Shown: positions 22,132 to 32,344 of the stretch, piece after piece
Position numbering within the stretch: position 1 is the first letter of the stretch
How the letters are laid out: every line of letters starts with the position of its first letter
From: Barthelona sp. PAP020
Taxonomy: Eukaryota
DNA length: 64,000 nucleotides
Assembly: GCA_040182905.1 (NCBI GenBank)
Contig: JARQWU010000011.1
Coordinates: 1-64,000, forward strand
Direction of reading: 5' to 3'
Translations under genes and position numbers: made by a program
Notes under the pieces: generated by a model
The model's input: only the letters and a program-made list of their open reading frames with translations
Databases searched by the model: none
Told to the model about the DNA's origin: nothing

Positions 22132-23226
22132 ATGTTAAGAGCATTTATTTGTCTATTAACTCTGAGTTTAACTTTTGCTGAGTTACAAAGAGTTTCTCTT
22201 ACCAGGAATGAACCTTCTGAAGCAGAGAAAGTTGCATTCATTGCCAATCTTAAAAGACACCAAATGATGGCTAGTGTTGGTGCTCCTGTTCCTGTACCTT
22301 TACAATCCAATATGTTTTCTTATTATTTACAAGCAGTTATTGGTGGTCAACAATTCTATTTGTTACCTGATACTGGATCTTCCAATACTTGGGTTCCTAG
22401 TTCTAAATGCCAAGTTCAAAGCTGCGTAAATCATAACAGATATTATAGTGGAGCCTCTAAAACTTATACTCCCAATGGTAAACTTTTCCAAGTTCCCTAT
22501 GGATCTGGAACTGTTAATGGTTATCTTTCTAATGACGATGTTACCATTGGTGGAATCACTGTTACTCAACATACTTTTGGTGAAGTTACTTATGAACAAG
22601 GAGATGCTTTCCTTCATTCGAATTTTGATGGTTTACTTGGTTTAGCTTTCCAATCTATTGCTAATGATAATGTTATGCCTTGGATTCCTCAAGCTCGTGT
22701 TCAAAATCGTATTGAACATGCTTCTTTCTCTTTCAACCTTAAACCTACTGGTGGTTGGATGGTTATTGGAGGTGTTGATCAACGTCTTTACACCGGTAAT
22801 GTTTTTTGGACCCCTCTTCTTCAACAATCCTATTGGGTTTTCAGAGGTGATGCTGTTCTTGTTGGTGGTGTTGCTCAATTCTGCCAAAATGGTTGCCCTG
22901 TTATTCTTGACACTGGTACTTCCCTTATTGCTTTACCCACTGATATGTACAACGCTCTTTCTAAATGGATTGTTGTTGATCAATATTGTCGTAACTTACC
23001 TCATTTACCAAATGTTTCTTTCACTATTAACGGTAATTTGTTTACTCTTGGACCTAATGACTATGTCATCAAAGTTACTCAATATGGACAGCAACAATGT
23101 ATGAGTGGTTTCAGTGCTTTTGATAACAGTCAAGGAATGATTATTCTTGGAGATGTTTTCTTACGTAAGTTCTATTCCATATATGACATGCAAAACTCCA
23201 GAATTGGTTTAGCTTTAGCCATTTAG
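22132..23226 (+). CDS. Secreted pepsin/cathepsin D-like aspartic protease (A1)
   Basis: Signal peptide, DTGSSNTWVPS, YGSG, FDGLLGLAF, ILDTGTSLI, ILGDVFLRKFYSIYD..NSRIGLA. Confidence 0.95.
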   Translation: MLRAFICLLTLSLTFAELQRVSLTRNEPSEAEKVAFIANLKRHQMMASVGAPVPVPLQSNMFSYYLQAVIGGQQFYLLPDTGSSNTWVPSSKCQVQSCVNHNRYYSGASKTYTPNGKLFQVPYGSGTVNGYLSNDDVTIGGITVTQHTFGEVTYEQGDAFLHSNFDGLLGLAFQSIANDNVMPWIPQARVQNRIEHASFSFNLKPTGGWMVIGGVDQRLYTGNVFWTPLLQQSYWVFRGDAVLVGGVAQFCQNGCPVILDTGTSLIALPTDMYNALSKWIVVDQYCRNLPHLPNVSFTINGNLFTLGPNDYVIKVTQYGQQQCMSGFSAFDNSQGMIILGDVFLRKFYSIYDMQNSRIGLALAI

Positions 23227-23612
23227 TTAACTTGCAAATTTTTTTTATTGTTTATAAATTCATCTTTTTTCATTGTTTGTGATTCATGCAAAGCATTAGG
23301 CAATATATGTATATATTTTCTTTCTTTCGGATTTGCCGTTTTTCAAAGGTAAATGTGAAAATTAAAACAAATAATCGTTTGGCCCTTCTCATGGTCTTGG
23401 AGAATCCTCTGTAAAACTAAACTCCAAATGAAAATTTTTACTCTCATGTTCATTCTCATTTGTCAGACTTTATTAGTTGTTAAACACCTGTTTAACAGCT
23501 CATAAATTCCAAATTTTGATTTTATTAATTTTTTACGCTTTAAAATGCAAACAAAAAGCAAAACAATAAACCAACAAACTTTTATACATTATTTCTTTTT
23601 GTTGAAAAAGTC

Positions 23613-25826
23613 TCAACTAGAAACGGCCATCTGCTCTTCTTTTTCCATTTCTTGTCGTAATTTCTCCTTGATGGTTTCAGGATTTATTTCAATGCTGTTG
23701 TTGTATTGTCTGAATATTTCAAACTTTTCCTCAATATCAAATTTATTAAGATATTGTTGTCTTTTAAATAATACAGTATCAACATGAGTTTTATGTTGTA
23801 TGGCAATTTCCAAGGCTCGTTGCCATTTAAACATTTTCATGTTCAAATTAATAGCCCTATAAACTAAACCTGATTTCAGCAATACATTTTCAGCATCATC
23901 CGGTCTCTTTAACATCAACAATATCTCACTTCTTTGTGCTTGAGGTAAAGGAATTCGAGCCACCTGTCTAAGATAAAAAACACGGTCAACCCTGTCTAAA
24001 CGTTGATAACATTGTTCAGCAATATCTAATTGATATGAAATTAATGAATAAAATCCTAAAACTGCCCAAAGGGATGGTTGAGCTACGAATCTACAGAGTT
24101 TTAAACCTTCCCTAAAATTTTTACCAAACAAAAGTCGATGTAAAATATTAACTGAAGAAGAATAATGCAAATGGAAAATAGCACCATCAGACCCAACACG
24201 TTTCAAGGTAATTAAACCGTCAGCAAATTTCAAAATTTCAACTGCATCTTCTTCTGCAGAATTGTGGAAAATTTCTGGAATATTTACCAAAACCTTTGAT
24301 GCATTGAATAGTGATTGATCAACCAAAATAGAAGAAGGACATAAAAACAAGGTTAACCTGCGATCTACAACAGCACAAATAACATGAGAATTAGAATGCC
24401 AACATGCTGAATTAACCATACCACACAACTTTGCAATTGTTGGTTTATTTGTAGTATTTGGAGGCTCAAGGGTTGCAACATAAAGATCTGCATTTCTATC
24501 TCTGAAAATCAATCTACCGTGGAAAGAATGAAGAGTTTGCTTAAAAATACTTTCATCTGCAAGGGTTGGAGCCAATTCAATCGATACAATGTCACAATTG
24601 TGTTCCAAAGGCATAGCAACAGGACGTCCTGATTTTGGATCAACAATTTGGATAACACGGGGCAAATTTGGATCAACAAAGGCAAGTGCTTGATCTGTCA
24701 AAGAAATTAATTGCTTATCAGAGTACACACTGTTAATTTTAAGATTTGCAAGCAAATCTAAAGATTCGCTATAATAATACAATTTCATCGATTGAGAAAT
24801 AACAATAAAGTAATTCATAGAGGTAATAATTGTAACTGGAGAATCTCCAAGAGGATAATTCAATGTTCGAGACGGTTTCTCAGGCTCAGATATTTCTAAA
24901 TTGGCACCACGAATATAAATAGTTTTTGATCCAAAAGGAATACCTGGTTTTTCGAAACTTAAAGAACCAACAGCTCCATTGGCCGAACAAAAACCAGCCA
25001 ACGTTTCAGTAGCATTAAAACAAGCTCCATAAAGAGTTCCAACCTCCGCTAAAATTCTATTAAGAGGAAAACCACAATTGTCACAAATAGTTATCGAATT
25101 AAATGAAGACAATAACAGAGTTTCACCTTTTGAACCCCAAAATAAATTTAAAATAGGTTCATCAACAGTTCTGGAATGTAACTGCTTGCCTTCTGTGTCA
25201 AATAAATGCAATTTATCCCCTTCAGCCAATGCCAAAACACCTAATGGTGAGAGATTGTAACAAATAGCACGTTCACCAGGGATTTCCCATTCAAACTTTC
25301 TTTTTGAAGGTTGAATAGGATATAAACAAGCTAAATTATCAACTATAAAGAAAATAAATTGGTCTTTTTGACTCCAATAAACATCATATATTGGTTTGGA
25401 AAATTTCGCAATAGTTGATCTGGGATCACCATTTTTGGACCAAATTTTCACAACACCATCTTCTCCAACAGAGCAAACAGCTGTTCCTTCTTCACTCCAA
25501 CGAACAGATAAAACAGCACCGCGATGTGTTTTCTTAACAACTCTAACCTTTTGAGCATCAGTTTCAACATCTAAAGAAAAGAAATGGATTGATCCATCAG
25601 AACATCCACACACGACACGATCTTCTCCTCCTCGAAAATTACAATACATATCTATACAAGAATAATAAATACTTTCATCACGGTGAACAACACCTAAACA
25701 CTCTCCATCTGGACTCCAACGTAATATTGTATGATCATCACTACAAGTAATGAATTCTCCCTTTGAAGTCAAACATATACCAGATATTGGTTCAGTATGT
25801 TCAGTTTGATTTAACCAATCAAGCAT
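23613..25826 (-). CDS. IFT80: Intraflagellar transport protein 80
   Basis: WD40 N-terminus (HRGAVLSVRWS.EGTA.CSVGEDGVVKIWSKNG..RS) and C-terminal ALKLCRFV...LW, YRAINLN..MFKWQRALEIA..HKTHVDTVL..RQ.YL. Confidence 0.92.
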   Translation of the reverse strand: MLDWLNQTEHTEPISGICLTSKGEFITCSDDHTILRWSPDGECLGVVHRDESIYYSCIDMYCNFRGGEDRVVCGCSDGSIHFFSLDVETDAQKVRVVKKTHRGAVLSVRWSEEGTAVCSVGEDGVVKIWSKNGDPRSTIAKFSKPIYDVYWSQKDQFIFFIVDNLACLYPIQPSKRKFEWEIPGERAICYNLSPLGVLALAEGDKLHLFDTEGKQLHSRTVDEPILNLFWGSKGETLLLSSFNSITICDNCGFPLNRILAEVGTLYGACFNATETLAGFCSANGAVGSLSFEKPGIPFGSKTIYIRGANLEISEPEKPSRTLNYPLGDSPVTIITSMNYFIVISQSMKLYYYSESLDLLANLKINSVYSDKQLISLTDQALAFVDPNLPRVIQIVDPKSGRPVAMPLEHNCDIVSIELAPTLADESIFKQTLHSFHGRLIFRDRNADLYVATLEPPNTTNKPTIAKLCGMVNSACWHSNSHVICAVVDRRLTLFLCPSSILVDQSLFNASKVLVNIPEIFHNSAEEDAVEILKFADGLITLKRVGSDGAIFHLHYSSSVNILHRLLFGKNFREGLKLCRFVAQPSLWAVLGFYSLISYQLDIAEQCYQRLDRVDRVFYLRQVARIPLPQAQRSEILLMLKRPDDAENVLLKSGLVYRAINLNMKMFKWQRALEIAIQHKTHVDTVLFKRQQYLNKFDIEEKFEIFRQYNNSIEINPETIKEKLRQEMEKEEQMAVSS

Positions 25827-25967
25827 GAAACAAAGAAAAAAAATGAATTGTCTTCAAATTGGAAGATCCTAAAAATTGGATGAATACAGTTTACAGATGT
25901 CGAAATATTAATAAATTTGCCATAGAAACGCTCCAAAAACAAAAAAAATCAAATATCAATTTTATTT

Positions 25968-28034
25968 ATGAAGAAGGAACCAGTAATCAATGAAAACTAT
26001 GAACGAAATAGGCTAAATCCATATACAGGAAAGGCATATTCGCAAAACTATTATAGATTATTGGAACAACGAAAACAATTACCAATTTATAAATCTAGGG
26101 AGAATTTGATGAAAACTATTGATGAAAATCAGGTTGTAGTATTGTTAGGTGCGACAGGAAGTGGAAAAACCTCCCAAATTCCTTCGATGATATATGAACA
26201 TCTTTATAATAATAATCCGAGTCGAAATTACAAAGATATAAAGAAAATTGCGATTACTCAACCACGAAGAATTGCAGCTATCACCATATCTCAGCGTGTT
26301 GCGGAAGAGTTAGATGTTTTTCATGGAAGGCTTGTTGGATATTCAATTAGATTTGATGATAAAACATCTAAACATACTAAAATAAAATACATGACAGATG
26401 GTATGTTGTTAAGAGAATTTCAATTGGATTCAGAATTGGATGATTATGGCTACATTATTATTGATGAAGCACATGAGAGAACCTTGAATACTGACATTTT
26501 ATTGGGGTTAATTAAAAACTTGATTCAACGGAGAAACGACTTAAAAGTGATTATTATGTCTGCTACTTTGGAGGCAGATATTTTTGGAGATTTTTTCAAT
26601 GCACCAATTATTCACGTTCCTGGGAGACAATACCCTATCATTACAAAGTTTTTAGAGCAACCTGAGGATGATTATATTGAGGCTGTGATTATAACTGTGT
26701 TACAAATACATTTTGATAATTTTGAAGGTGATATTCTTGTTTTCTTAACTGGTCAAGAGGAAATTGAATCAGTTTATACTCTTCTAGAAAAGAAAATCGA
26801 ATTGTTACCCGACAATTTACCAGGAATAATGCTTACGAAATTGTTTTCAGCGTTGGATTCCGACGATCAATTAAAAGCTTTTGAACCAACACCAAAGAAT
26901 ATGAGAAAAGTAGTTTTGTCCACAAATATTGCCGAAACATCAGTTACAATTCCTGGAATTCGACATATTATTGATACTGGCCTTCAAAAATTAAAGAGTT
27001 ACGATCCATCCTCTGGATGTGAACGATTAAGTATTGTTGAAGTTAGTAGAGCTGCGTCTTTACAAAGAATGGGCCGAGCAGGTCGTGAACAAGCTGGTAT
27101 TGCATGGCGTTTATATACTGAAGAATCATATCAAAACTTTGCTCAGTCAACACTTCCTGAAATTTCTAGATCAAATTTATCTGGAGTTGTTTTGCGGCTA
27201 TTTGACATTGGAATCACAGACATTGCGAATTTTCCATTCATCATTGATTCAGAAGAGTCAACTTTCATAAATAAATTGAAGAAAGCGTACAAAGAACTAT
27301 TTGAGTTGGGTGCGCTGTGTAGAACAACTAACAAAACCAAATTTGGAATTGAACTTACTCCATTAGGAAAAGCAATGGCCAGCCTTCCAGTCAGCCCAAT
27401 TTTTGCCAAGATTCTTTTGAGTAGTTTTGAATTTGGATGCACTGAAGAAATTCTCATTGTGATTAGTCTTTTGTCATGTGAGAATTTGTTTGTTTCTAAT
27501 TCAAGTAATGGTAAATTAGGCACTTTTAATCATAGAGATGGTGACCACTTGATGTTGATTCAATTATTCAGTCATTACAAAAAGAGCAATGATAAATACA
27601 TATTTTGTAAGCAACATGGTATTTCTTACAGGGCCATGAAATATGCTTTCAATGTTATTAAACAATTGAGGGATGTTTTGAAACGCATTTCTGGCATATC
27701 TAATTTATCATCTTGTAAGGATCACACAGGATCTGTTGATCATGATGCATCCATAATGATCAGAAAATGCCTTTGTTGTGGTATGTTTAACAATATTGCT
27801 GTTTTGAATGAATCGAACAGAAAGTATTCCACCTTTATCAATAAAAGAGAATGTTCATTACATCCAACATCATGTTTGAGAGTTATTCAACCTATTCCAA
27901 GACTAGTTATGTTCTCAGAATTATCTCAAAGCAATAATAGTAAACTCTATATGAGGAATGTTTCTGCTATCACCCAAGATATAATGTTTGAATGTTCTAA
28001 TGGAAAGTTTACAAGAATTAACAAGGATTTATGA
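25968..28034 (+). CDS. DEAH-box RNA helicase (DHX33/Dhr2-like core, Prp43-like N-terminus)
   Basis: GATGSGKTSQ, TQPRRIAA, DEAHER, SAT, TNIAETSVTIPGI, QRMGRAGRE, plus HA2 and OB regions. Confidence 0.9.
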   Translation: MKKEPVINENYERNRLNPYTGKAYSQNYYRLLEQRKQLPIYKSRENLMKTIDENQVVVLLGATGSGKTSQIPSMIYEHLYNNNPSRNYKDIKKIAITQPRRIAAITISQRVAEELDVFHGRLVGYSIRFDDKTSKHTKIKYMTDGMLLREFQLDSELDDYGYIIIDEAHERTLNTDILLGLIKNLIQRRNDLKVIIMSATLEADIFGDFFNAPIIHVPGRQYPIITKFLEQPEDDYIEAVIITVLQIHFDNFEGDILVFLTGQEEIESVYTLLEKKIELLPDNLPGIMLTKLFSALDSDDQLKAFEPTPKNMRKVVLSTNIAETSVTIPGIRHIIDTGLQKLKSYDPSSGCERLSIVEVSRAASLQRMGRAGREQAGIAWRLYTEESYQNFAQSTLPEISRSNLSGVVLRLFDIGITDIANFPFIIDSEESTFINKLKKAYKELFELGALCRTTNKTKFGIELTPLGKAMASLPVSPIFAKILLSSFEFGCTEEILIVISLLSCENLFVSNSSNGKLGTFNHRDGDHLMLIQLFSHYKKSNDKYIFCKQHGISYRAMKYAFNVIKQLRDVLKRISGISNLSSCKDHTGSVDHDASIMIRKCLCCGMFNNIAVLNESNRKYSTFINKRECSLHPTSCLRVIQPIPRLVMFSELSQSNNSKLYMRNVSAITQDIMFECSNGKFTRINKDL

Positions 28035-28089
28035 TGTTTAATACATATAAAAACATTTTTGGTGTTTTATTTTTTTATCAATTTCTTTT

Positions 28090-29038
28090 ATGCCTCAACA
28101 AATAAGATTTGTCAAGGATTTGGCACATCCTTCAGGTATCTGATACCTTTTATAACATATTCTAACTCTTTTAGATGAACAAATTCGATTAAACACATTA
28201 ATTCGATTGAGGGAATTTTTTGAAACAAATCCATCATTAGATGATTTAGAAATGTCGCAAATATGGGAAGCTTTATATTTTTGTATGTGGTTGACAGATA
28301 AATACGGTCCACAACAAGAAGTAGCCAGAAAGATTGCAGATTTGATTCATGTTTTACCTTTAAAACTTTCTAAAAACTTTATATTTACATTTTGGAAATT
28401 AATTTTAAAAAAATGGGGGAATATTGACAAGCACAGATTGGATAAATATTACTATTTGATGCGTGTTATGTTATATCGTCAATTTGATCGATTGGCATTA
28501 ATTGAAGAAGTTAATGAAGATTTTTATGACTTTTATAGCAGCTTGATCGAAACTGTAATTGAAGTTCCACTATTACCTTTAGGCATTACTTTACATGTCG
28601 TTGATTGTCTTTGTGATGCTATATTTAGAACTGAGGTGTCAAAAGAAAGATTTTTGGTGTTAATCAAACCATGGTTGCAATATTTACAAACTACCCGACA
28701 AAAGATTGTTGTTGATAGAATGTGTGAGTGTTTATTTGAATTAATAATTGATCAAAGACCGGATTTAGTTGAAACTTGCTTTGCCTTATTAAAAGAAGCT
28801 GCACTAAGTGAAATAACAACCAGCTATTCAAGGAAAAAATGCTGGAATTTAGTTGATAAATATGAAAATGTGATAAAAGATCAAAAAATAATGAATGATG
28901 TTATAGATACAGTAAATGTTGAATCAGATAATATTGCATTGTTTGAAGCAGGTTTGGAACCTGAAATTGTTGCAAACGATAAAGAATTTGATGAGAATGA
29001 TGAAGAGAAAAATATAGTAATTAAACCAGAAGAAGAAG

Positions 29039-29069
<31 letters not shown>

Positions 29070-29388
29070 TGAATTTGAAGTTCAAATCATGACCCCTGAA
29101 AGAAAAGTTACAAAGCTTCAAAACATAAATTCAAGAAAAACACCTGGTAAAACACCAAAAGCAAAATTACCTCCTCGTACTGGCAAAAAATCTTCGGAGA
29201 GTATTGAGGTTGCTACACCATATAAACAAATAGAAATGGATATGGATATGAAAACTCCTGTTAGAAGAAGACGTCCTGCCAAACCTCCCATTACTCCTAA
29301 AAATCCTAATACACCCAAAAGAAGATTAAGAAGCAATTCTCCAAGTCGTAGGCTTACAATAGATGAAAGAGAAGAACTTTATAAATGA
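28090..29388 (+). CDS. RRP1: Rrp1/Nop52 ribosome biogenesis protein (join 28090-28135, 28175-29388)
   Basis: Spliced MPQQIRFVKDLAHPSDEQIR...IWEALYFCMWLTDKYGPQQEVA...W.NIDKHRLDKYYYLMR; acidic (GAA)n tract and basic TP-rich tail. Confidence 0.9.
28136..28174 (+). other. Spliceosomal intron, 39 nt
   Basis: GTATCT...TTCTAAC TCTTTTAG; contains an in-frame TGA, and removal restores the Nop52 N-terminus. Confidence 0.88.
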
Positions 29389-29448
29389 TTGGAAAGTTTC
29401 TGTTTGCGATAAATCTTTACGATTACAACTTCCTTTTTTCTTTGTCAT

Positions 29449-30117
29449 ATGTATTCCATTTCGTCATTATTGTTGACATTATTATTATTTTATGATGTAC
29501 TTTCTAGTCAATGCAAATTTCAATTGGATAGGGAAATAACATACGATTCCAATTTTATTAGTGAAAAACCTTTCAAGGTTACAGTTCAAACAAAGTTAAA
29601 TGAAAGTTTGGAATTTACTATTGCATGATGCAATTCAGAAAAGGTGAAATGTCCGGGTTTTACTGGTTCATCAGTTTGTTACACAGATAAAAATGGTCAA
29701 TATCATTCAACAGGTGATGGAGAAACTATTTCATATGAAACTATGAAACAATTAACTGCCGGATATATATTTAAGCTCAATGATGGAGAACAATGTGAAA
29801 CAACCAAAAATAAGAGTACTGTTGTTCAATGTTATTGTGACACATCTTCGACTTTAGTTAGCTTTGAAGAAGTTGATAAATGTGTTTATTCTTTTAGCAT
29901 CAAATCACCTACTTGTTGTCCAAATGGTGAACCGATGAACGTTAGCACAGTAATTTTATTATGCTTGTTGTTTATCATTATTGTTTATTCGATTTCGCAA
30001 GTTTTGTACAATATATTTTATTTAAACTTAAGTGGTTGGCAAGTTGTTCCTTTTTATAGTCAATTTAAAGGCCTGACAATATTATGGAATCATCATAGTG
30101 ATTACGAACAGTTATAA
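29449..30117 (+). CDS. MRH-domain (M6PR/Atg27-like) type I membrane protein with an in-frame TGA at 29626-29628
   Basis: ATG 29449 gives signal peptide MYSISSLLLTLLLFYDVLS-SQCKF in frame with ORF 29644-30117 (LNDGEQC...STVVQCYCD...EEVDKCVYSFSIKSPTCC, TM, YN....SGWQVVPFY). One TGA interrupts the frame. Confidence 0.7.
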
Positions 30118-30302
30118 ATGGTTTAGTGATAAAAAATATTTGTCTTCTTTTTTTTTCTGTTTTTCATTTTCAAATCAAAAAAAGTTTTTCCTTTTTTAAA
30201 TAATCCACCTTTATGTGTAACACAATCACCATAGAAAAAATGAAGATAATTTTTTGGAAACACAAAAAAATAAACTTTGTAATTCATTTATCAAACAAGG
30301 TA

Positions 30303-30953
30303 TTAAAAAACAATTAAAATGAATAAAAATAGGGCAACCAAAATTGCCAAAACAATCGCTGATTTTCTTTTTGATTTGGATATTTTTCCAAAAAACACAT
30401 CAGCATTACTTAATATTGAACCAAATGTTCCAACTCTATGATTTAAATTATTAATTTTATTTACATTATTGGTAATGCCATTCAAAGCCATATCACCTGC
30501 ATTAGATAATTCATAAGCTCTATTCACAATAGAAGATAAATTGGAAGGCTTAACTTGAGGGTTGGAAATTTCACTCATCAGTTCCTTTTTCTTTTTCAAA
30601 TTGTCAATCCTGTTTTTAACTTGAGCATAATCAGCCTTTAGTCCATCTAGATATGTTTTATGTCTTCTAATGTTTTGTTGAAGCATTCCAGACAATTCTT
30701 GTTTGGAATGTTGTTCAACAAAAGAATTATTCAATGAAATTAACCTTTGTAATAAAGTTTCAATTTCATTTTCATAATCATCACAACATTTAACTATTTC
30801 TTGAAATTCTTCATTCGAACTTTGAGATATTGTAGGAGTTAATTTCGAATAATTCAATAATTTTGAATCAATTTCTTGTTCTAATTTCCTAATTTGATTT
30901 GTTTGTATGTCCCAATTGTTTTGACTGCCAGCAGGATCTGTTACAGTGGTCAT
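30303..30953 (-). CDS. GOS1: Golgi Qb-SNARE Gos1/GOSR1
   Basis: W.....IRKLEQEIDSKLLNYSKL, EIETLL..L...N, RRH...L, KI...KRKSAIVLA plus C-terminal TM; ATG at 30953. Confidence 0.82.
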   Translation of the reverse strand: MTTVTDPAGSQNNWDIQTNQIRKLEQEIDSKLLNYSKLTPTISQSSNEEFQEIVKCCDDYENEIETLLQRLISLNNSFVEQHSKQELSGMLQQNIRRHKTYLDGLKADYAQVKNRIDNLKKKKELMSEISNPQVKPSNLSSIVNRAYELSNAGDMALNGITNNVNKINNLNHRVGTFGSILSNADVFFGKISKSKRKSAIVLAILVALFLFILIVF

Positions 30954-31198
30954 ATATAATAAAAAACTTTGTGTGATTTTATTTTTCAATTGAATCTATC
31001 AATCTTACTTTTACTTTTTAAGCTAATAAATACTTTAAACTTTACCATTTGTTGTTATTTCGACATTTTTGTCCACAATTAAAAAGATAAGCACTTCTTT
31101 GTTTGATAATAGGAAGATACAAAGATCTTTAATTCATTGGAGTTATTTCCTGGATGTAAATTTCAAAGTTATGCATATTTCCTATTTTTTTGAAAATT

Positions 31199-32344
31199 TT
31201 ATTCATCATCTTTTACAGGTTCTCGTTTAAAAGTTTGTTGTTCAATATTTCTCATTAAAGTATCATATCTTAGATGACATTGTTTATCCGTTCTTTTTTC
31301 AACATATTTTGCAATTACACTCCATTGATTTGGTCCAATAATTTCAACTGCTTGCAATAAACGATTATCTTCTTCTTCAGACCAAGGTCCCTTCTTTAGA
31401 TCTGGATTCAGCACTTTTTCCCAATGTCGCAAAATTTGCTGATCAGTTCTTGTTTGGAGGTATTTTGATATTAATGTCCAGTTTCCAACGCCATATTTTT
31501 CAATTAAACTTATTAATAAGACGTCTTCTTCAGTTGTCCAAGGTCCTTTTTTTATTAAACTATCATTTGCAATCTTTTTTCTTTTATTCAATACTCTACA
31601 ATACCGATATCTGCATTGAATTTCTGTTCGACCAGGTAATTTGTTTGCAACTTGTTTCCAATTTTGTACTCCCTTTTCTTCAACCTCAACCAATAATATC
31701 TCATCTTCTTCTTGTGTCCAATGCCCCTTTTTAATTGATGGATCAAGAACTCGATAGAAATGATGTTTAATTAAATCTTCTTTTCTTTGCAATTCATTTG
31801 AGAGAATTTTAAATGCATTAATATCATACAATAATAGCATTTCAATCATCCTTTTGTTTTCATTTAAAGTCCAAGGTTTTGTCCCTGTCTTTTTTGTCTT
31901 GTTTCGATTTCTTACTTTAAGGTCATCATAATCCATTGTAAAGATGGAAATGTTTGAATCTTCTTGTTTTATTAATTCTTCATCTTCTTCAAAAGCAAAA
32001 GGCAGAATATAATTCTTTAGTGAGAATTGTTCAACTTTCGAAAGGCCTTCATTTTTCGATAATTCATTTAAAAAGCTTCCAACAGTTTGCTTTGTCAAAA
32101 TTTCAGTAGCTCTTTTTAGTGAATTTAAAGATTTTGGATTTCTTGAGCACAAATCTAGAATTTTATCAATAGATTCTTCACTTTCTTTCAAAAAACGTTT
32201 CCAATCTTTCAATAATTGGTCAACAACAATATATAAAGATAAATTATTTGGAATTGGATAATTTCCAATTCCCAGCAAATCAGTGGGGGTTAAATTTTTG
32301 CAATTCACCACAGGATTTGTGAAAAAACAAAACGAATTGTTCAT
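31199..32344 (-). CDS. Myb-domain transcription factor with four repeats (first degenerate)
   Basis: KPWTLNE, KKGHWTQEED...NWKQVA..LPGRTEIQCRYRY, KKGPWTTEED...RTDQQILRHW, KKGPWSEEED...RTDKQCHLRY. Confidence 0.9.
   Translation of the reverse strand: MNNSFCFFTNPVVNCKNLTPTDLLGIGNYPIPNNLSLYIVVDQLLKDWKRFLKESEESIDKILDLCSRNPKSLNSLKRATEILTKQTVGSFLNELSKNEGLSKVEQFSLKNYILPFAFEEDEELIKQEDSNISIFTMDYDDLKVRNRNKTKKTGTKPWTLNENKRMIEMLLLYDINAFKILSNELQRKEDLIKHHFYRVLDPSIKKGHWTQEEDEILLVEVEEKGVQNWKQVANKLPGRTEIQCRYRYCRVLNKRKKIANDSLIKKGPWTTEEDVLLISLIEKYGVGNWTLISKYLQTRTDQQILRHWEKVLNPDLKKGPWSEEEDNRLLQAVEIIGPNQWSVIAKYVEKRTDKQCHLRYDTLMRNIEQQTFKREPVKDDE

Noticed and set aside
29626..29628. Genome-wide TGA reassignment
   Set aside because: IFT54, IFT80 and other genes in the window terminate in TGA at plausible ends, and Trp is encoded by TGG throughout.
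30118..30300. SECIS element downstream of the TGA-containing gene
   Set aside because: No convincing ATGA..AA..GA kink-turn stem visible by eye in this A/T-run sequence; needs a dedicated search.
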